This document shows positions 58,012 through 64,000 of a stretch of 64,000 bases of DNA, piece by piece. The DNA comes from Candidatus Kapaibacterium sp. Its GTDB lineage: Bacteria; Bacteroidota; Ignavibacteria; Kapaibacteriales; NICIL-2. The stretch covers positions 506 through 64,505 of the forward strand of contig JBKCNS010000010.1 of NCBI GenBank assembly GCA_046297095.1. Direction: 5' to 3'. Below the pieces are notes generated by a model. It was given only the letters and a program-made list of their open reading frames with translations. It was not told the DNA's origin and ran no database searches. The first letter of the stretch is position 1; each line of letters begins with the position of its first letter. Both the position numbers and the translations under genes were made by a program.

Positions 58012-59004
58012 TTATTTCTTACGATGATGCAGAGTTCGTACCAGTTCTTCAAGATTATCGCGGCCCGTGCCGGCAGGCAGTCTGCTTAACAGCTCATGTG
58101 CTTTGGAAAAATGCGACTCGATTGCGGCACGTGTTTCCTCAAACACACCAAGTCGCTCCATAAGGCTGCGCATTGCGTGTACATCCTGGGTGGGCAATCC
58201 GTTGAAGTCGTAGAATCGCCGGATCAACTCGCGGTCTTCGCTGTCGGTGGCAAGATCTTCGGTACGAAGTATCATGTAGGTTTTCTTCCCTTCCACTATG
58301 TCCTGTCCTATAGTTTTTCCAAGCTCGGTTTGATCTGCCGTTAGATCCAGTAGATCGTCCTGCATCTGAAATGCAAGGCCGGCTTCGCGAGCAAAACTGC
58401 GAACGATGGGAATATCACTAGCGGGGGCTCCCGCAAGAACTGCTCCGATAGCGGCTGCTATTTCGGGAAGTCTCGCTGTTTTCTTTTCGATCATAAGCAT
58501 GTAGTCTGCCATGGTTACGTCTCTGCGCACGGCAAAATCCAGATCCATGGCCTGACCCTCGCACACCTCGATGAACCCCTCCGTGAAGAGTTCAATCATG
58601 CGGGCAACTACTTCAGATGGCGCGCTTTCTACAAGCAAACGATAGGCAATACCCATCATAACATCACCGCACAAAATGGCCGTAGCATCATTCCATTTGC
58701 GATGCACCGTAGGTGAGCCACGGCGCAGCTCGGCTTTATCCATGATGTCGTCGTGCACCAGCGTCAGTGTGTGCATGATCTCGATGGCAAGGCCGGCCTG
58801 CATAGCTGCATTACCTTCAAAACCATACATCCGGGACGCGAAAATGGTCATCATTGGCCGCACGCGCTTGCCCGAACCTGCCATAGAATACGCAAACGGT
58901 TCGTACAGCGTGGCCGGACTGATATAGCGCTCTATTACTTGCCCCAACTCGTCGTCGATGGCTTTACGCATATTGTCCATTACTGTTTTTTCAACGCTGC
59001 CCAT
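58012..59004 (-). CDS. polyprenyl diphosphate synthase (FPP/GGPP synthase-like)
   Basis: First Asp-rich motif LVHDDIMD and second motif FQMQDDLLD. The start codon is uncertain between 58971 and 59025. Confidence 0.8.
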   Translation of the reverse strand: MGSVEKTVMDNMRKAIDDELGQVIERYISPATLYEPFAYSMAGSGKRVRPMMTIFASRMYGFEGNAAMQAGLAIEIMHTLTLVHDDIMDKAELRRGSPTVHRKWNDATAILCGDVMMGIAYRLLVESAPSEVVARMIELFTEGFIEVCEGQAMDLDFAVRRDVTMADYMLMIEKKTARLPEIAAAIGAVLAGAPASDIPIVRSFAREAGLAFQMQDDLLDLTADQTELGKTIGQDIVEGKKTYMILRTEDLATDSEDRELIRRFYDFNGLPTQDVHAMRSLMERLGVFEETRAAIESHFSKAHELLSRLPAGTGRDNLEELVRTLHHRKK

Positions 59005-59195
59005 GTGATTCAATCTGTGATTCAATTCGTCATTCAGAAAATCGTTTCCCCTCTACCCGCCACCCAAACTTCGTTAGTCGTTCTCAAGAAACCTCACCAT
59101 TTCTTAAAACCGGAATGGAGGATGTGTTTAATGTAATGAATGTTTGCTCACATTGAATATGTGAAGGGAGTCAAAATCGTCCGAGCAATAGCACG

Positions 59196-60269
59196 CTAGG
59201 CTGCGCCTTGACGAAGCACGGCACCGGTGCGATCGCGCAAGGCTATGGTGCGCAATTGATGCACGTGGCGTACACCTGCAATAAACATCGTTGCCCGAAT
59301 CTGCGCTTGCCATTCGTTTAAACACACCATCAAGTTCTCTTCCCCTCCCTGCTCCAACGCCTTGATGAAGGGCCTGGCTGCGCCGGCAAGATCGGCCCCG
59401 AGTGCTAAGGCCTTCGCTGCATCAAAGCCCGAGAGTACGCCTCCGGAGGCAATGCAGAAAAAGTTGTGTGAGTCTCGAAGAGCGGTAACTTCCCGCACGC
59501 ACTGTGCAGTGGGAATTCCGGCATCCCAGAGTTCATGCATGTGCATCGCAGATGATCGCTGAAGCTCTACGCCCGCCCATGATGTTCCGCCCGCACCGGC
59601 CACATCAAGTATTCGCACTCCGGCTTGAAGTAATCTCTTGGCTACATTCGCTGATATTCCTGCACCAACTTCCTTTACCACCACGGGCACGGAAAGTTTT
59701 TGCACACACTTCTCTATTCCGGCAAGCACCCCGTTAAACGTCGGGCTTCCTTCCGGTTGCAGAAGCTCTTGTAACGCATTCAGGTGAATGGCTACAGCAT
59801 CCGCCTGCACCAGGTCTACTACGCGTTGGGCATTGTCCACCCCGTCGGCGCCGGCAATCTCTGCCGCGCCAATATTGGCAAGCAGGGGCACGCCCGGTGC
59901 TTCCTTGCGAGCAATGGTAAACGACTCATGGTATGCCGACGAACGTAGCGCTTGGCGCTGTGAGCCCAGACCCATTGCAATGCCTGCGCTTTGGCAAGCT
60001 CGGGCCAGCGCGGCATTTATTCGCACGGCGTCGCCGTAACCACCGGTCATGCCGGTCATCATCAGGGGCATGCGCAATTCTTTGCCAAGAAAAGATGTAG
60101 ACAAATCTATGTGGTCCGCATTGAGTTCCGGCAGCGCATTGTACTCCGGCTCAAAAAGTTCCCATCCTGCGGTTTTGGATTTGAATCCCACATTTTCTTC
60201 GACCACAATGCGCACGTGATCCTGCTTACGCGAGGGAATGGAGGAAGATCTGTCCGAAGTGTTGTGCAT
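59196..60269 (-). CDS. fni: isopentenyl-diphosphate delta-isomerase, type 2 (FMN-dependent)
   Basis: N-terminal KQDHVRI...DHIDLSTSFLGKELRMPLMMTGMTGG and a glycolate-oxidase-like TIM barrel. Length 357 aa. Confidence 0.85.
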   Translation of the reverse strand: MHNTSDRSSSIPSRKQDHVRIVVEENVGFKSKTAGWELFEPEYNALPELNADHIDLSTSFLGKELRMPLMMTGMTGGYGDAVRINAALARACQSAGIAMGLGSQRQALRSSAYHESFTIARKEAPGVPLLANIGAAEIAGADGVDNAQRVVDLVQADAVAIHLNALQELLQPEGSPTFNGVLAGIEKCVQKLSVPVVVKEVGAGISANVAKRLLQAGVRILDVAGAGGTSWAGVELQRSSAMHMHELWDAGIPTAQCVREVTALRDSHNFFCIASGGVLSGFDAAKALALGADLAGAARPFIKALEQGGEENLMVCLNEWQAQIRATMFIAGVRHVHQLRTIALRDRTGAVLRQGAA

Positions 60270-60385
60270 GAGGTGAATTTTGCGAAGCGAAGCCTGAAGA
60301 ATCCTGCCGCCAAGATACGAGATGTGGATAAATGCAACGGATTTCCTCTCAAAAAAACCGATATTTGCGGACGTATTTGTGTTGA

Positions 60386-62002
60386 ATGTTTAACGTTATC
60401 GTCACAACCATGGATTCCGCAGACTCACTCGTTTCATCGTTGCAAGCTCAAGGACTATCGCAATTAGGAGACGTCTACTACAATCTCACCACCGCAGAAC
60501 TCTATGAGCACGCCGTTATGATGGGCGAAGCCGAGATTTCCGAGCATGGCGCATTGCTTTGCAACACCGCACCCAACACGGGGCGCAGTGCCAACGATAA
60601 ATTCGTTGTGGACGAAGCATCAAGCACTGAAAATGTGTGGTGGGGCAAGGTAAACAAGAAGTTCAGCGAAGAGAAGTTTAACGCGTTGAAGCATCGCGTG
60701 CTTGGCTACCTGCAGAACCGCGACGTATATGTTCTGGACTGCGTTGCCGGAGCTGACGACAACTACAAATTGCCCGTGCGCGTGATTAACGAGCATGCAT
60801 GGCACAACATGTTCTGCAAGAACATGTTCATCGAAGCAACCGAAAAAGAATTGGAGAACTTTGTTCCGGGCTTTACTATCATTCACGTACCGAACTTTCA
60901 CGCGAATCCTGAGCTCGACGGCACAGCTTCGCACAAGTTTATCGTGTTGAGTTTTGAGCAGAAGCTTGTGATCATCGGTGGAACTCACTACGCCGGTGAA
61001 ATGAAGAAATCAATCTTCACCGTGCTGAACTACATGCTGCCCTTGCGCGATGTATTCCCAATGCACTGCTCAGCCAATGTGGGCAAGGATGGCAACGTGG
61101 CCTTGTTCTTCGGCCTTTCCGGCACCGGCAAAACCACCTTGTCTACCGATCCCGAGCGCGCGCTCATCGGCGATGATGAACACGGTTGGAGCCAAGACGG
61201 CGTGTTCAATTTTGAAGGCGGCTGTTATGCAAAGGTGATCAACCTCTCTCAGGAGGCCGAGCCTATCATTTACCAGACCACGAAGATCTTCGGCACCGTG
61301 CTGGAGAACGTGGTGTATGATTCGAACACGCGCGTCATCGATTTGAACAGTCAAACGATTACCGAGAACACCCGCGCGTCGTATTCGCGAAATGTGATTC
61401 CAAACATCGTTGCGGACAACAAGGCGGGCCATCCGCAGAATGTTGTATTTCTTACCTGCGATGCCTTTGGTGTAATGCCTCCCATTGCTCGTCTCACACC
61501 CGAGCAGGCGATGTTCCACTTCCTTTCCGGATACACTGCTAAAGTAGCCGGCACCGAAGCCGGTGTGAAAGAGCCCTCGGCTACATTCTCTACCTGCTTT
61601 GGCGCACCGTTCATGGTGCACCATCCCTCTGTGTATGCGAACCTTCTGCGCAAGCGTATCAACGAGCATGGCGCTCAGGTATGGCTGGTTAACACAGGAT
61701 GGAGCGGCGGTGGATATGGCGTAGGAGCTCGCATGAAAATTGCCTACACCCGCGCGCTGCTTCGTGCCGCTCTTACGGGCGCACTCAGCAATGCAACATT
61801 TGTGAAGGACGAGTTCTTCAACCTGAATATCCCCACTGCTTGCGAAGGCGTACCCAGCGAGATTCTCAATCCTAAGAATACATGGTCGGACAAGGCAGCC
61901 TATGATGCCAAAGCAAAGCATCTTGTAGAGCTATTCCGTAACAACTTCGAGCAGTTTGCCGATTCGGTAGAGGATGCAGTGAAGAACGCCATGGGCGCAT
62001 AA
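60386..62002 (+). CDS. pckA: phosphoenolpyruvate carboxykinase (ATP)
   Basis: Kinase-1a FGLSGTGKTTLS, IGDDEHGW, and NTGWSGGGYG motifs. Start could be Met9 (60410). Confidence 0.9.
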   Translation: MFNVIVTTMDSADSLVSSLQAQGLSQLGDVYYNLTTAELYEHAVMMGEAEISEHGALLCNTAPNTGRSANDKFVVDEASSTENVWWGKVNKKFSEEKFNALKHRVLGYLQNRDVYVLDCVAGADDNYKLPVRVINEHAWHNMFCKNMFIEATEKELENFVPGFTIIHVPNFHANPELDGTASHKFIVLSFEQKLVIIGGTHYAGEMKKSIFTVLNYMLPLRDVFPMHCSANVGKDGNVALFFGLSGTGKTTLSTDPERALIGDDEHGWSQDGVFNFEGGCYAKVINLSQEAEPIIYQTTKIFGTVLENVVYDSNTRVIDLNSQTITENTRASYSRNVIPNIVADNKAGHPQNVVFLTCDAFGVMPPIARLTPEQAMFHFLSGYTAKVAGTEAGVKEPSATFSTCFGAPFMVHHPSVYANLLRKRINEHGAQVWLVNTGWSGGGYGVGARMKIAYTRALLRAALTGALSNATFVKDEFFNLNIPTACEGVPSEILNPKNTWSDKAAYDAKAKHLVELFRNNFEQFADSVEDAVKNAMGA

Positions 62003-62065
62003 ATCGCTCTCGAGGTTCAGAGCTCAGTTCTCAGGTCTCCCTGCTGATGTTCCACACAATGACAC

Positions 62066-62102
62066 AAAAAAAAAAGACGCCCTAACGGCGTCTTTTTTTT
62101 TC
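62066..62102. terminator. bidirectional terminator after pckA
   Basis: A10-AGACGCC-CTAAC-GGCGTCT-T10. Confidence 0.65.
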
Positions 62103-62165
62103 TCAAAATCTCACATCGAATAGTGCGCGAAGCGGGGCATCAACACCGGTAGGCAGCAAGCGTTA

Positions 62166-64000
62166 TCAACGCTTTGGCGCTCTAGGTTTTGGCAGCACCA
62201 CCGCAGGTATGTCCGATGTTTTAAGGAATGCGTTGAATTCTGCCACTTGAGTATTACGAACACGCTCAAAGGCGCTTATGCACTCGTCGATACGCCGAGA
62301 AAGATCGTCGAACACTTCGTATGCCTGCTTTGTGGGCTTGTTGTCTGCGGAATACACGGTAGACTTCAACGCAAGAATCTTGTTGTTCAACTTCAATGGA
62401 TAATTAAGCGCATCCTGACCTGCTTTGGCGCGGCGTTCAATGAGTGCTTTCTCAATTCGTGTGAGCGAATCGGCAATAGCGCTTGCCATTGCTTTTACCT
62501 TCCCTGCTGTGGCACTGTCTGCGGAATTCTTCGCGCGTGTCTCCCACGTGGACACTTGCGTTTTAAGTTCGGCGATGGCATTGATTGTTGTGTTTACACG
62601 TTCGGCTTTATCGATAATCTTCGAGCCCAGATCGTACTGCAATTCGAAGTCACCGTCGGTGGCCTCCACACGAGGATCTTTAGCGATTGTAAACGAAGTT
62701 GACGACGACTGACCGCCGCAACGGAGCACGGCCTTGTACGTACCCGGCGGTACGGTAATTCCTCCCGGACCACCGAACCAATACACCGCTTCAGCTACTT
62801 TGCTCACACCGGGCAACGACATATCCCATGCAAAGCGGTTCATGCCCACACGAGATGGCAACACCGACGATGATACTCTTTGCTGCACCGGCTCGAAGCT
62901 CTCGGTGTTCGGCGTGCGCTCTTCGCCTGTTTCGGTTTTGAGATTCGAAAACGTGCGCACTACGGAATCTCGTTGATCTAGTATTTCCAGATTTACCTCG
63001 CCGCGGACACTATCGCGCAACCAATACGTGAACTGCACTCCACTCGGCGTGTTCGTACCCTCGCTCATAGTTTTGGATGTGTACGATCCACTGCCGATAA
63101 GATAGGTGGGGCGCGGCTTAAGCAGAGCAACGGGCATGCGAATCAAACTATCGCTAAGCTGATGAATCGGCGTTACGTCGTCTAGTACCCAAAATGATCG
63201 ACCATGCGTTGCAACGACCAAGTCTTTGTCGCGCGCTTGCACGGCTATGTCATGGATGGGGGTGACGGGCAAATTCAGTTGTAAGGACTGCCACGATTTT
63301 CCGTCGTTGAACGAACAATACACGCCGGTCTCCGTGCCGCAATAAAGCAGTCCGCGCACGTTGGGATCCTCGCGAACTACACGTGTAAATGTTGTTTCGG
63401 GGATGCCGTTTGTGATTGCCACCCATGTTGCTCCGTAGTCGGTGGTCTTCAACACATACGGATGCTCGTCGCCGCTTTTGTATCGAGTGGCGGCTACATA
63501 CGCTGTTGCAGCATCGAAGTGCGACGGCTCGATGATCGATACCAATGCCCATTCGGGAAGAGCCTGGGGTGTTACATCTTTCCACCGGTTTCCGCCATCC
63601 ACCGACACATGAATTTTACCCTCGTCGCTACCGGCCCAAAGCACATGTGCCTTTACGGGTGATTCCGCAAAAGCGAAGATGGTGCAATACACCTCTACAC
63701 CGGTGTTGTCTTTGGTGATAGGACCACCGGATGCCTGAAGCTTGGTTGTGTCGTTGCGGGTAAGATCACCGCTGATGCGAGTCCAGCTCATGCCTTCGTC
63801 GGTACTCTTCCACACGTGCTGTGAGGTTGTGTACATGGTACTGCTGTCGTGCGGCGAAAACACAATGGGAAAGGTCCATTGAAATCGCTCGCGAATATTT
63901 TTTGCAGCATCACCTATAGCATTCTCGGGATGAACGGACACATCTTGGTGCTGCTCGGAGCGGGTGTCAAAGCGCTCCAAGAAGCCGCCGTAGTTACCGC
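62166..64000 (-). CDS. BNR/Asp-box repeat protein of the sortilin/VPS10-like (glycoside-hydrolase-like beta-propeller) family; 3' portion only, N-terminus beyond window end
   Basis: Repeated S/T-x-D-x-G-x-T/S-W motifs (STDEGMSW, VDGGNRW, TDYGATW, NDGKSW). The C-terminal ~170 aa are helical. Confidence 0.6.
   Translation of the reverse strand, partial: GNYGGFLERFDTRSEQHQDVSVHPENAIGDAAKNIRERFQWTFPIVFSPHDSSTMYTTSQHVWKSTDEGMSWTRISGDLTRNDTTKLQASGGPITKDNTGVEVYCTIFAFAESPVKAHVLWAGSDEGKIHVSVDGGNRWKDVTPQALPEWALVSIIEPSHFDAATAYVAATRYKSGDEHPYVLKTTDYGATWVAITNGIPETTFTRVVREDPNVRGLLYCGTETGVYCSFNDGKSWQSLQLNLPVTPIHDIAVQARDKDLVVATHGRSFWVLDDVTPIHQLSDSLIRMPVALLKPRPTYLIGSGSYTSKTMSEGTNTPSGVQFTYWLRDSVRGEVNLEILDQRDSVVRTFSNLKTETGEERTPNTESFEPVQQRVSSSVLPSRVGMNRFAWDMSLPGVSKVAEAVYWFGGPGGITVPPGTYKAVLRCGGQSSSTSFTIAKDPRVEATDGDFELQYDLGSKIIDKAERVNTTINAIAELKTQVSTWETRAKNSADSATAGKVKAMASAIADSLTRIEKALIERRAKAGQDALNYPLKLNNKILALKSTVYSADNKPTKQAYEVFDDLSRRIDECISAFERVRNTQVAEFNAFLKTSDIPAVVLPKPRAPKR

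Overview
This is a 64-kb chromosomal window of mostly housekeeping genes, about 50 CDS with good coding density, and I did not find a canonical novel system in it. The most unusual locus is a clpB gene truncated at a shared terminator against a T9SS-targeted Ig-repeat surface protein, with two paralogous OmpA-family proteins upstream. GC content is roughly 55%. No tRNA or rRNA genes, CRISPR arrays, integrases or transposases are visible.

The host looks like a member of the Fibrobacteres-Chlorobi-Bacteroidetes (FCB) group. There is a PorX-type response regulator (receiver + PglZ) and a large secreted protein whose C-terminus matches a type IX secretion (T9SS) sorting domain. Several genes carry Shine-Dalgarno-like sites, which argues against Bacteroidia proper and fits Rhodothermota-, Balneolota-, Ignavibacteria- or Chlorobi-like lineages better.

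Recognisable genes include:
- Central metabolism: dapF, sucC, lpdA, pgk, pckA, hutU, and an aspartokinase-like gene.
- Isoprenoid synthesis: ispG, a polyprenyl synthase and a type-2 IPP isomerase.
- DNA repair and replication: nth, photolyase, gyrB.
- Cofactors and tRNA modification: nadE, tsaE.
- Cytochrome c maturation: ccmC-like and ccmB-like genes, dispersed rather than clustered.
- Envelope: a Wza/Wzz-like export pair, a GT2-MFS operon, a MATE efflux protein, and two paralogous OmpA-family proteins with a barrel and two OmpA domains.
- Regulation: a cytoplasmic TPR histidine kinase, porX, and an orphan LuxR-type response regulator.

The points worth a second look:
1. clpB is truncated after its first ATPase domain, right at a bidirectional terminator shared with the convergent T9SS-targeted ~1,000-aa protein, which is built from about nine Ig-like repeats.
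2. Two duplicated barrel-plus-2xOmpA proteins bracket a 6-kb block holding photolyase, nadE, a LuxR response regulator and an FAD oxidase.
3. A 20-bp perfect palindrome plus direct GAACATC-type repeats sits between sucC and lpdA.
4. dapF carries an in-frame 3x12-nt tandem repeat, translated as (TATV)3.
5. A small HD-domain (p)ppGpp-hydrolase-like protein is paired with a PhnD-like binding protein that has no ABC transporter partner.
6. The Wza-like export gene encodes its signal peptide upstream of any canonical start codon.
7. Several intergenic regions are unusually rich in short repeats.

All calls rest on motif-level reading of the translations; no database search was run.
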